From Deltaproteobacteria bacterium (lineage in GTDB: Bacteria; Desulfobacterota; Desulfobaccia; Desulfobaccales; 0-14-0-80-60-11): a stretch of DNA of 64,000 nt. The stretch spans positions 75,359 through 139,358 of the forward strand of contig JASEFS010000002.1 in NCBI GenBank assembly GCA_030018495.1. Reading direction: 5' to 3'. Positions 29,287 to 38,645 of this stretch are shown piece by piece (the first letter of the stretch is position 1; each line of letters begins with the position of its first letter). A program made the translations under genes and the position numbers. The notes under the pieces were generated by a model. It was given only the letters and a program-made list of their open reading frames with translations, was not told the origin of the DNA and ran no database searches.

Positions 29287-30717
29287 ATGAACCCGATAAA
29301 GCGGAAGCTGAGGCCCGGAGCTTTGGTGGTTCTGCTCTTGCAGACAATTCTGGTGGTGGCGCTGACCAACAGGGCGCAAGCGGCGCGCGAGGACGTGGCC
29401 ATGTTCTACGAAGAACTGGCCCCTTACGGCAATTGGGTGGACTACGGCAAATACGGCCCGGTGTGGTATCCAACCAAAGGGGTGTCGGAAAACTGGCGGC
29501 CTTATCTGGACGGCCGCTGGCAGCCCTCTGACGCCGGCTGGGTGTTCGAAACCACGGAACCCTGGGGCTGGGCCACCTACCACTACGGCAACTGGATGCC
29601 CACCGAAGATTACGGCTGGGTGTGGGCGCCGGGCAGCACCTGGTACCCAAGCACGGCAGCCTGGCGCACCAGCGATGATTATATCGGCTGGGCCCCCATC
29701 CCGCCGCCCAATTATGAGCCCCCGCCGGCCTACTATCCTGCGGGCGGGTATTATCCAGGCGCCCCGGTCCTGAGCCTCATAACCGCGCCCTTCTGGATCT
29801 TTGCCAGGGCTGCGAGCTTTCTGTTGGGATTCGGGCAGCCCTATGCCCCCGGCTATTCCTATTACAACTGCGGCTGTCTGGCGCCCTTCGGCACCATTCC
29901 CACGATATATCCCCGCACCGCTCTCTTAACCAACTATTACTATCCCAGTTACGCCCCTTACGCTTATTATGTTTACGGGCCGTCGTATCCTTTTATTTCC
30001 CGGGTCTGCAGAGTCCCCATTGTTCGCATCCATAACTTTGTCAGACGGAAAAAATTCAGGGATTTCCGTTATGTGGTCCCGCCCCACTACGTTCTGAATC
30101 GGCGGCCCTACCTGAGGCGGGCGATTCCGGACGCGGTGCTGGAAGGCCGTGACTTCACGGTTCGCCGGGTGCGGGATGTGCGGGTGGTCGAACCGCGTCT
30201 GGTGCGGCCCGATGTGGTTCGGCCGCCACGGGACCTGCCCGAGGTGCCGCGGATCGAGGGGGCCAGGCCGGAGCGCCTGAGACCTGCGGTCCGCCCGGAA
30301 GCTTTACGTCCGGGTACGGCTGAGCGGCGAGCCCCGGAGCGGGCCGCTCCGGAAAGGGTGCTGCCGCAGCGGCTAAGGCCCGCAAGGCCGGAGGCGGAAG
30401 CCAGGCGGGGCGTGCTGCTTCCGCCCCAGGCAGTGCCGGATTCCCGGGATATGCAGGACCAATTGCGCCGGGAACGCCGGATAGAAAGGCGGCAAGTCCC
30501 GCAAGTTCAGCAGCGCCGCTTTCAGCGGGAGGAACGGCAGCTCCGTCAACAGGAAATTTTCCGTACGCCCAGGGCCAGGCAGCCCGAAGCTGTGCGCCCC
30601 AGGATTCAGCGGCAGCCCCAGCCCCGCCGGGCTCCACAAATCCGCCAGCCGCGCCCTGCGCCTTCCCGGACGCCTGGACGCTCCTTTCAAGGGCTGCAAC
30701 CCCAGCGGGGACGATAA
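29287..30717 (+). CDS. exported protein with a Trp/Tyr/Gly-rich N-terminal repeat domain and an Arg/Pro-rich tail
   Basis: AGGAG at ~29275 precedes the ATG at 29287. Signal peptide MNPIKRKLRPGALVVLLLQTILVVALTNRAQA. Repeats of the YGxW/GWxW type (PYGNWVDYGKYGPVWYP, EPWGWATYHYGNWMPTEDYGWVWAPGSTWYP). The last ~200 aa are low-complexity R/P/E/Q. Confidence 0.6.
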   Translation: MNPIKRKLRPGALVVLLLQTILVVALTNRAQAAREDVAMFYEELAPYGNWVDYGKYGPVWYPTKGVSENWRPYLDGRWQPSDAGWVFETTEPWGWATYHYGNWMPTEDYGWVWAPGSTWYPSTAAWRTSDDYIGWAPIPPPNYEPPPAYYPAGGYYPGAPVLSLITAPFWIFARAASFLLGFGQPYAPGYSYYNCGCLAPFGTIPTIYPRTALLTNYYYPSYAPYAYYVYGPSYPFISRVCRVPIVRIHNFVRRKKFRDFRYVVPPHYVLNRRPYLRRAIPDAVLEGRDFTVRRVRDVRVVEPRLVRPDVVRPPRDLPEVPRIEGARPERLRPAVRPEALRPGTAERRAPERAAPERVLPQRLRPARPEAEARRGVLLPPQAVPDSRDMQDQLRRERRIERRQVPQVQQRRFQREERQLRQQEIFRTPRARQPEAVRPRIQRQPQPRRAPQIRQPRPAPSRTPGRSFQGLQPQRGR

Positions 30718-30822
30718 TGGCAGGCGGGAGGTCGGCTCCTAACCTAAGTGCCGCGCTTTATAAACTGTAGCGTATTCATTAAACCGGCTTGGGCAAAACG
30801 GGTTTATTCCCCCTCACCCTGC

Positions 30823-30849
30823 CCCTCTCCCCCGAAATGGGGGAGAGGG
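30823..30849. repeat. GC-rich hairpin CCCTCTCCCCC-GAAAT-GGGGGAGAGGG
   Basis: Perfect 11-bp inverted repeat in the repeat-dense spacer 30718-31098. Confidence 0.8.
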
Positions 30850-30883
30850 AAAAGAAAAAAATTCGGCATGAAGCCGTTGCGAT

Positions 30884-30918
30884 TGCCACTGGCCACTGAC
30901 CACTGCCCACTGACCACT
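30884..30918. repeat. heptanucleotide tandem array (GSCCACT)x5
   Basis: tgccact ggccact gaccact gcccact gaccact. Confidence 0.9.
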
Positions 30919-31098
30919 GTGTTTATGGTGATCTACCTTTCTCCCCTTTGCTGGCAGGGAGGATCTCGAAGCCGCATTGCTTAAGCCTGCATCCCCCTTT
31001 CACATCGCTTGCGGGGGGAGAGGGCTGGGGTGAGGGGGGCCGACAAGAAACACTACCATGTTTAAGAAATTGCTGCCGAGGCAGTCGGCCCGCGGCAT

Positions 31099-32292
31099 TT
31101 AAAAAACTTTCACCCGGCCGGCATAAAGGGCGAGGCCGAACCAGGCCCAGTTGTTGGCATAATAGTTGTCCGGGCTGACGAAGTACGCCTCGCCGGGTTT
31201 ATCGGTGTAGAAAGAAAGAATTTTCTGCGCCAATCGGTCGGCAAATTGGCGGTCGCCGGCGGCCAAAGCCGCGGCCAGGACTCCGGCATAGATAACCGGG
31301 CTCTCGTAATCCGCCAGGGGCCGGCCCTCATAGCTGTAAACCGCGGCCAGCCTGCCCTTTGTCTGCCATTCCCTCTTAAAGAATGGGAGAAAGCTTTGGC
31401 TCAGCAGCCGGCCCGCCTGTTCGTCTCCGAACCACAAGCGGTCCAGGGCCACGCGCCAGGGCAGGCGCACCGCCTCCCAGCCGAAAGCGGTATCCCGGTC
31501 CGGCGCCGGGTAAAAATTGCCGAAGGCATCCACCCGCACCCAGTCGGGGAAAAGGCCGACCCCTGTCATGCTGCCCACGCTTTGGGCAAGGCGTTCCAGG
31601 AAAGGATAAGCTGCGGTATGGAGGTCTTGCCAGCGCCCGTTCAGCCCTGCGGCGGCAAAAAGCCGATAAGCCGGGGGAAAGAAATAAGATGAGTTGATTA
31701 AAAAAGGCGGAGCGGATTCATGCCAGTTGCCCGGAGCCAAAAGCAGCCCGCGGTCCGGCAGCCTCACGACTTCTTTGTTCAGGATGTCTTGGGCCGCGGC
31801 ACGGGCTTCGGAGGCGTAATCGGGGCAGGAAGGCGGCGGCCGCCAGCCCCGCCGGGAAGCCAGCCAGAGGGCCAGGGCATAGTCCAGGTCCGCGTCGGAT
31901 GCGGTGTTCCAATCCAGCACTCCCCAGGTTCCGTCGGGTTTCCGGCCCCAATGCCAAGCCAGCAGGTGGTCCCCCCGGCTTTCCAGGCGGCAGAGGTTGG
32001 CCCGGGTCCAGGCATAAACTTTGGCGAAGCGGGCCTCATCTCCGGCCCATAAGGCCCTCATCAGGGCGTAGGCCTGGGCTTCCGAAATGCTCTCCCCGCC
32101 GCGCTCGGCCAGAATCACCCGCCCCTCGGGGGAGATGTAGCGCCGGGCATAGTTTTCCCAGGAGGCCTGCAAAATGCGGTCAAGGTCGCCGACATCGCCC
32201 GAACCGCAGGCCGGCAGCCCCAGCCACAGACAAAGCCATACCCCCGCCAGCCGGCAAAGGCTGCCAACAAATTCCGGCTTCAGCCGTTCCAT
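31099..32292 (-). CDS. glycoside hydrolase family 8 endoglucanase-like lipoprotein
   Basis: ORF 31099..32454; the likely start is MERLKPEFVGSLCRLAGVWLCLWLGLPACG at 32292, which has a lipobox. GH8-like motifs SEAQAYALMRAL and ASDADLDYALALWLA. Confidence 0.7.
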   Translation of the reverse strand: MERLKPEFVGSLCRLAGVWLCLWLGLPACGSGDVGDLDRILQASWENYARRYISPEGRVILAERGGESISEAQAYALMRALWAGDEARFAKVYAWTRANLCRLESRGDHLLAWHWGRKPDGTWGVLDWNTASDADLDYALALWLASRRGWRPPPSCPDYASEARAAAQDILNKEVVRLPDRGLLLAPGNWHESAPPFLINSSYFFPPAYRLFAAAGLNGRWQDLHTAAYPFLERLAQSVGSMTGVGLFPDWVRVDAFGNFYPAPDRDTAFGWEAVRLPWRVALDRLWFGDEQAGRLLSQSFLPFFKREWQTKGRLAAVYSYEGRPLADYESPVIYAGVLAAALAAGDRQFADRLAQKILSFYTDKPGEAYFVSPDNYYANNWAWFGLALYAGRVKVF

Positions 32293-32547
32293 TCTGCCAC
32301 CTTGTGCCTGTCCGTCCCGGCGAATTTGAAGCTCTGACGGAGAAGGGATTGTATCATGATATTTTGGCGGAGGTGAATACCAGAAATCTGCGAAAACCCC
32401 ATAAGCATCGCATTTCACCCGCAAAAAATCTTGACATTTGCCGGTATTAGTCATAAATATTTAGCTAATCAAACAAGTGCGGGCAGAGAGTTCTTGGCAA
32501 TAATCAACACGATCCGTGATTTTTAATTATTACCGTCTATCTTATGT

Positions 32548-32590
32548 GGCATCTGGGCGCTCCGTCGTGACCACCAAGATGCCTTTTTTA
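32548..32590 (+). promoter_or_regulatory. hairpin plus T-run in the thrS leader (candidate attenuator/operator)
   Basis: GGCATCT...AGATGCC stem followed by TTTTTTA, ending ~10 nt before the thrS ATG. No clear Shine-Dalgarno lies between them. Confidence 0.35.
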
Positions 32591-32600
32591 TTGAAACGTC

Positions 32601-34514
32601 ATGATTAACATTAACCTGGAAAACGGCCCCTCCGCGGAAGTGGAAGAGGGCCGCACTGTGGCCGAAATCCTCAAAGACCTGGGCGTGGGTACCGACCGCC
32701 AGATAGTGGCTGCCAAAGCGAACGGAGACCTGCTGGACCTGTCCGCTTCCCTTACGCGGGACTGCACCATCACTCCCATCGGGCTGGATACGCCTGAAGG
32801 CCTTGATATCCTGCGCCACAGCACCTCTCACGTCATGGCCGAAGCCGTGCGCACCCTTTTCCCGGGCGTCAAAATCGCCATCGGCCCGGCTATTGAAGCG
32901 GGCTTTTATTACGACTTCGACACCAAGGAACCCTTCACTCCGGAAGACCTGGCCCGCATCGAAGCCAAAATGGCGGAGCTGGTGGCCCGGGACCTGCCTT
33001 TCGTGCGGCAGGAGGTCCCCAAGGACGAGGCCCTGCGGCTTTTTAAGGAGGAAGGTGAGGATTATAAAGTAGAGCTGCTACAGGAAATCCCGCAGGACCG
33101 GGTCAGCCTTTACCGGCAGGGGGATTTCGTTGATCTGTGCCGGGGGCCGCATGTGCCTTCCACCGGCTGGCTCAAGGCCTTCAAGCTCACCGGCATTTCC
33201 GGGGCCTACTGGCGGGGCGACGAACGCAACGCCATGCTCCAGCGCATTTACGGCACCGCTTTCCCCACCAGGGAAGAGCTCGAAAGACACCTGGAGCTTA
33301 TCGAAGAGGCCAAGCGTCGGGACCACCGCAAGCTGGGCCGGGAGCTGGGCCTCTTCAGCATCGAGGATGAAGCCGGGGCGGGGCTGGTCATCTACCACCC
33401 CAAAGGGGCGCTGCTGCGCACTTTCATTGAAGATTTCGAGCGCCGGCAGCATTTGAAGCGGGGCTACCAGATAGTCATGGGTCCGCAGATGCTCAAGGCC
33501 GACTTGTGGGAACGCTCCGGCCACATGGAAAATTACCGGGAGCACATGTACTTCACCGAGGTCGAAGGCCAGATGTACGGCATCAAGCCCATGAACTGCG
33601 TGGCCCACATGCTCATCTACAAATCCCGGGTGCGGAGCTACCGGGAATTGCCCCTGCGCTTTTTTGAACTGGGCACGGTCCTGCGCCACGAGCGCTCCGG
33701 AGTGCTCCACGGCCTGACCAGGGTCCGGCAGTTCACCCAGGATGACGCCCACATCATTTGCACCCCCGAGCAGGTTGAAAGCGAAATCCTGGGCGTGCTG
33801 GACTTCGTCGCCGAAGTCATGGCCATCTTCGGATTTGAATACGAAGTGGAGCTCTCCACCCGGCCGGAGAAATCCATCGGCTCGGACGCGGATTGGGATT
33901 TGGCCACCAACGCCCTGATCGGCGCCCTGAATACCAAGGGCCTGCCGTACCACATTTGCGAGGGCGAAGGCGCGTTTTACGGGCCGAAAATCGATATCAA
34001 ACTCAAAGACGCGCTCCAGCGGCGCTGGCAGTGCGCCACCATTCAATGCGACTTCACTTTGCCCGAGCGCTTTGACCTGACCTATGTGGGCGCGGACGGC
34101 AACCGCCACCGTCCGGTGATGCTCCACCGGGTCATCCTGGGCTCCCTGGAACGCTTTCTAGGAGTCCTCATTGAACATTACGCCGGCGCTTTTCCCGTCT
34201 GGCTGGCCCCGGTCCAGGTCATACTTTTGCCCATCACCGACCGGGTGCATGCTTACGCCCAGGAAGTGGCGGATATGCTTATTGCTGAAGATTTGCGGGT
34301 GGAAGCCGACTTCCGTCCGGAAACCTTGCGGTATAAAATAAGAGAAGCGCAATTACAAAAAATTCCTTATATGGTTGTTATCGGGGATCGGGAGGCCGAG
34401 TCGCGCACCCTTTCACCCCGTTTGCGTGACGGCACGGAATTGAAAGGCCTGGCTATCGACGCCTTTGTGGCCCGGCTGCGTGAGGAAAGCCAGGTTCCAA
34501 CCCCCAAATCATAA
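32601..34514 (+). CDS. thrS: threonine--tRNA ligase
   Basis: TGS N-terminus, editing motif [11 protein letters not shown], class II core and anticodon-binding domain. 637 aa. Confidence 0.95.
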   Translation: MININLENGPSAEVEEGRTVAEILKDLGVGTDRQIVAAKANGDLLDLSASLTRDCTITPIGLDTPEGLDILRHSTSHVMAEAVRTLFPGVKIAIGPAIEAGFYYDFDTKEPFTPEDLARIEAKMAELVARDLPFVRQEVPKDEALRLFKEEGEDYKVELLQEIPQDRVSLYRQGDFVDLCRGPHVPSTGWLKAFKLTGISGAYWRGDERNAMLQRIYGTAFPTREELERHLELIEEAKRRDHRKLGRELGLFSIEDEAGAGLVIYHPKGALLRTFIEDFERRQHLKRGYQIVMGPQMLKADLWERSGHMENYREHMYFTEVEGQMYGIKPMNCVAHMLIYKSRVRSYRELPLRFFELGTVLRHERSGVLHGLTRVRQFTQDDAHIICTPEQVESEILGVLDFVAEVMAIFGFEYEVELSTRPEKSIGSDADWDLATNALIGALNTKGLPYHICEGEGAFYGPKIDIKLKDALQRRWQCATIQCDFTLPERFDLTYVGADGNRHRPVMLHRVILGSLERFLGVLIEHYAGAFPVWLAPVQVILLPITDRVHAYAQEVADMLIAEDLRVEADFRPETLRYKIREAQLQKIPYMVVIGDREAESRTLSPRLRDGTELKGLAIDAFVARLREESQVPTPKS

Positions 34515-34540
34515 TTAAAATCCGCAGGAGGTAAACTGCC

Positions 34541-35050
34541 ATACAGAAACAGCGCGTGAGGGTCAATCAGCAGATCAGGGCCCCGGAAGTTCTGCTCATC
34601 GGGGCCGACGGCAAGAATGAGGGCGTAAAATCCATCAAAGAGGCCCTGGAATATGCGGCCGAAGCCAATATGGATCTGGTGGAGGTAGCCCCCCAGGCCA
34701 ATCCGCCGGTGTGCCGGATCATGGATTACGGCAAGTTCAAATATGAGCAGGCGAAAAAACAGCAGGAGGCCCGGCGCCGCCAAACCACCATCCAGGTGAA
34801 GGAAGTCAAATTCCGGCCCAAAATCGAACAGCACGACATGGAATTCAAGCTGAAAAATGTCCGCCGTTTTTTGGCCGACAACGACAAGGCCAAAATCACC
34901 ATGATCTTTCGCGGCCGGGAAATGGCGCACCAGGACCGGGGCTATGCCATCCTCCAGAGAATCGCGGAGGAGCTCGCCGACGTGGCCGTGGTGGAGCAGC
35001 CCCCCAAGCAGGAAGGCCGGACCCTTTCCATGATCGTGGCGCCCAAATGA
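34541..35050 (+). CDS. infC: translation initiation factor IF-3, probable non-canonical ATA start
   Basis: The track ORF starts at GTG 34556 (MRVNQQIRAPEVLLIGADG). The frame is open back to 34535, and an in-frame ATA at 34541 lies ~9 nt after AGGAGG (34526-34531). infC classically uses AUU/AUA-type starts. Confidence 0.85.
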   Translation: MQKQRVRVNQQIRAPEVLLIGADGKNEGVKSIKEALEYAAEANMDLVEVAPQANPPVCRIMDYGKFKYEQAKKQQEARRRQTTIQVKEVKFRPKIEQHDMEFKLKNVRRFLADNDKAKITMIFRGREMAHQDRGYAILQRIAEELADVAVVEQPPKQEGRTLSMIVAPK

Positions 35051-35156
35051 CAGTTTTCTGTTTACAGTTTTTAGTTTTCGGTTAAATTAATTAGATTGAT
35101 AGGAATCGGGAGCAGGAATTATTTTTTTTTGGCGCCACCGAAAACTGAAAACCGAG
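35051..35156. repeat. inverted pair of GAAAACY-family heptamer arrays in the infC-rpmI spacer
   Basis: cagtttt ctgttta cagtttt tagtttt cggtt (35051-35083) starts 1 nt after the infC stop. ccgaaaactgaaaaccgag (35138-35156) is its near-perfect reverse complement (16 of 17 over gttttYagttttcggt). Confidence 0.85.
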
Positions 35157-35163
35157 GTTAACC

Positions 35164-35361
35164 ATGCCGAAGCTTAAGACCCATCGGGGCGCGGCCAAGC
35201 GCTTTCGCATCACTGGCACAGGGAAATTAAAAAGGAAGAAGCCTGGTCACAGTCATCTGCTGACCGGCAAATCCCGCCAGCTCAAGCGCCAGCAGCGCCG
35301 TCCTGATTATGCGCACCCTGCGGATGAGAAAAATTTGAAGCAGCTTTTGCCTTATTTCTGA
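35164..35361 (+). CDS. rpmI: 50S ribosomal protein L35
   Basis: MPKLKTHRGAAKRFRITGTGKLKRKK; 65 aa. Confidence 0.95.
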   Translation: MPKLKTHRGAAKRFRITGTGKLKRKKPGHSHLLTGKSRQLKRQQRRPDYAHPADEKNLKQLLPYF

Positions 35362-35376
35362 GATCGGGAGCAACTC

Positions 35377-36827
<1,451 letters not shown>

Positions 36828-36988
36828 CAATCTCCGAAAAATACTTATGGTTTGAAAACGCATCTTTTATGCGGGGCGAACCATTGATTTCCAAACCTTC
36901 CCCCATCCCGGCCATAAATCAGTAAACCCGGAGTAACTCAAGCCGTTGTTTGGCATGTTGTCGAGAACCTGCCGACAAGGAGGAGCTC

Positions 36989-38113
36989 ATGAAAACCAAT
37001 GCACGCGTGGACAGTCTGCCGGCCAGCTTTATTGCTAATCCGAATGAGGCCTCCATCGAAGAGTACGCCGAGGCCATCGGCAATATCTGGCCCCTGCACC
37101 AAGACCGTCCCATCTGGCTGCTGTGGATTCACGTCCTGTCCCATGCCACCCTGGTGTGCGAAGAGGTCCGGAAAAACCGCTGGCACAAGGTGGCCAAGGA
37201 GCTGGCCGAGGTGCTGGTCTGGTGGCTGACTTTCGTCCGGCGGGTCACCCAGCCGCCCACCAGGAAGACCAGTGAAGCGGACAAGCTGGTGCCCTATATC
37301 GGCATCACGCCTTCGGACATCGTCTGGTTCAAGTACCCTTCCGTCTGCCCGGTATGCTTCGGCCGCTGGCTCTCGGAAAACTGCAAGGATGCCTCCGAGG
37401 CGTCCTCTCTGGTGTCTCAAAACATCAAGAAAATAAAAATGTTCTTCAAGGAGAATCCGAACTGCACCTGCCTGGCCGCCAAACAGGGGGTGGAAGAGCG
37501 GGATGAAGCTTTCAAACGGTTCACCAAGCAGTGCCTCCAGGAATACGCCCGGCGGACGCGCAAGCTGAAACGCCCTCATTCCCTGAAGGGCATGGCCGAA
37601 ATGCTGAATGTAATCTTCGCCAATAACATCGAGGTGCTCTCGGTGGAGGAAATCGCCTTTCACCTCTTGGAAGAGGTGGGGGAGGTGTCCAAGTCCCTGA
37701 GCCTTCTCTACATGCAGGATATAAAAGATGTCGAGGCGGACAGCTTTTTGCAGGACCGGCGGGACAGGGTGGTGGATTTCGCCGAAGAGCTGGCGGACGT
37801 CTTCTCCTGGTCGGTGGCCCTGCTGGCCAAGATTTACCGCTTCCTGGAGTGCGCCGCGCAATTCGCCGCGGAATATAAAACCGTGGAGGGCATGCCGGAA
37901 CTGGTCCGGGGAAACCTGGAGCGCACCCGCAATATCGTTGATCTCATCTGGACCATTTACGGCAAGGGCAGCATCCTGGTCTGCGAACAGTGCCGGGAGT
38001 TTCCCTGCAATCCCGCGCACCCGGCACACGAAGGCAAGCGGGGACAGTTGGCGGGCAAGAAGCTGGCGCCGGAGATCTGCGACCTCCTGCGCGCCGGCTC
38101 GGCTATTTCCTGA
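36989..38113 (+). CDS. Cys-rich protein with two MazG-like (all-alpha NTP pyrophosphohydrolase) modules
   Basis: AAGGAGG precedes the ATG at 36989. The C-terminal module has the MazG-type acidic pattern HLLEEVGEVSKSL ... FAEELADVFSWSVALLAKI. The N-terminal module is degenerate (LVCEEVRKNRWHKVAKELAEVLVWWLTFV). Cys clusters: CPVCFGRWLSENC, NPNCTC and CEQCREFPCNPAHPAH. The 427-aa minus-strand ORF opposite has antisense-type composition. Confidence 0.6.
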   Translation: MKTNARVDSLPASFIANPNEASIEEYAEAIGNIWPLHQDRPIWLLWIHVLSHATLVCEEVRKNRWHKVAKELAEVLVWWLTFVRRVTQPPTRKTSEADKLVPYIGITPSDIVWFKYPSVCPVCFGRWLSENCKDASEASSLVSQNIKKIKMFFKENPNCTCLAAKQGVEERDEAFKRFTKQCLQEYARRTRKLKRPHSLKGMAEMLNVIFANNIEVLSVEEIAFHLLEEVGEVSKSLSLLYMQDIKDVEADSFLQDRRDRVVDFAEELADVFSWSVALLAKIYRFLECAAQFAAEYKTVEGMPELVRGNLERTRNIVDLIWTIYGKGSILVCEQCREFPCNPAHPAHEGKRGQLAGKKLAPEICDLLRAGSAIS

Positions 38114-38351
38114 TTGCTTGCTTCTATCCCTTAATTCTATATAGGGCGGGCACCGCCCGCCATTGATTCTCTCGATAAGCCAATGGGGCAGGCCTCCGTG
38201 CCTGCCTGCTATTTTGGACATCTCATGTTTTTCAAACTAATGTGAGCATTACCCCCCATTGTTTTTCATTCTTCCGGCAGGGGCGAAAAATATATTGCGG
38301 ACTCTTGAAATTTACGATTGCAATAAATACCATTAATTGGTATATTTAACC

Positions 38352-38645
38352 ATGGCTTGGGAGGTTCGGCTAACGCGAGGGACGGTCAAAAATCTTCGAA
38401 GGTTGCCGAAAATGATCATTGAAAGCCTTCAAATGCTTCTTGCAGAAATGGAATTATCCGGACCCATCAGGAGCAAATGGCCCCATTTTGGAAGGCTTGC
38501 TCAACAGAATTGCTACCATTGCCACTTGCATCGAGGGCGGCCCACCTATGTAGCCGTCTGGAAGGTTTTTAATAAGAAAGATAAAGTTATCGAGGTGATT
38601 TATGTTGGAACCCACGAAGGAGTCCATTACGATCGACTTTGTTGA
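38352..38645 (+). CDS. RelE/ParE-superfamily toxin (HigB/RelE-like mRNA interferase)
   Basis: MAWEVRLTRGTVKNLRRLPKMIIESLQMLLAEM...YHCHLHRGRPTYVAVWKVFNKKDKVIEVIYVGTHE follows the typical RelE-family layout. Located upstream of an XRE antitoxin. Confidence 0.7.
   Translation: MAWEVRLTRGTVKNLRRLPKMIIESLQMLLAEMELSGPIRSKWPHFGRLAQQNCYHCHLHRGRPTYVAVWKVFNKKDKVIEVIYVGTHEGVHYDRLC

Noticed and set aside
30748-31178. ORFs 30748..30984 and 30948..31178 as small proteins
   Set aside because: Their sequences (…SPSPCPSPPKWGRGKRKK…, …LAGGEGWGEGGRQ…) are direct translations of the hairpin, heptamer and G-run repeats. There is no ribosome-binding site.
32293-32454. N-terminal extension of the GH8 ORF; likewise the extensions 56548..56814 (larC), 29061..29138 (xseA), 19803..19883 (Tim44-like), 14837..14977 and 9772..9924
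   Set aside because: In each case a downstream Met gives a proper signal peptide or the family-typical N-terminus. The extensions overlap neighbouring genes or non-coding spacers.
32455-32600. T-box riboswitch in the thrS leader
   Set aside because: The only GGTGG-containing stretch resembling the T-box sequence (ttggtggtcacgacg) is on the minus strand. I could not identify a specifier-loop architecture on the + strand.
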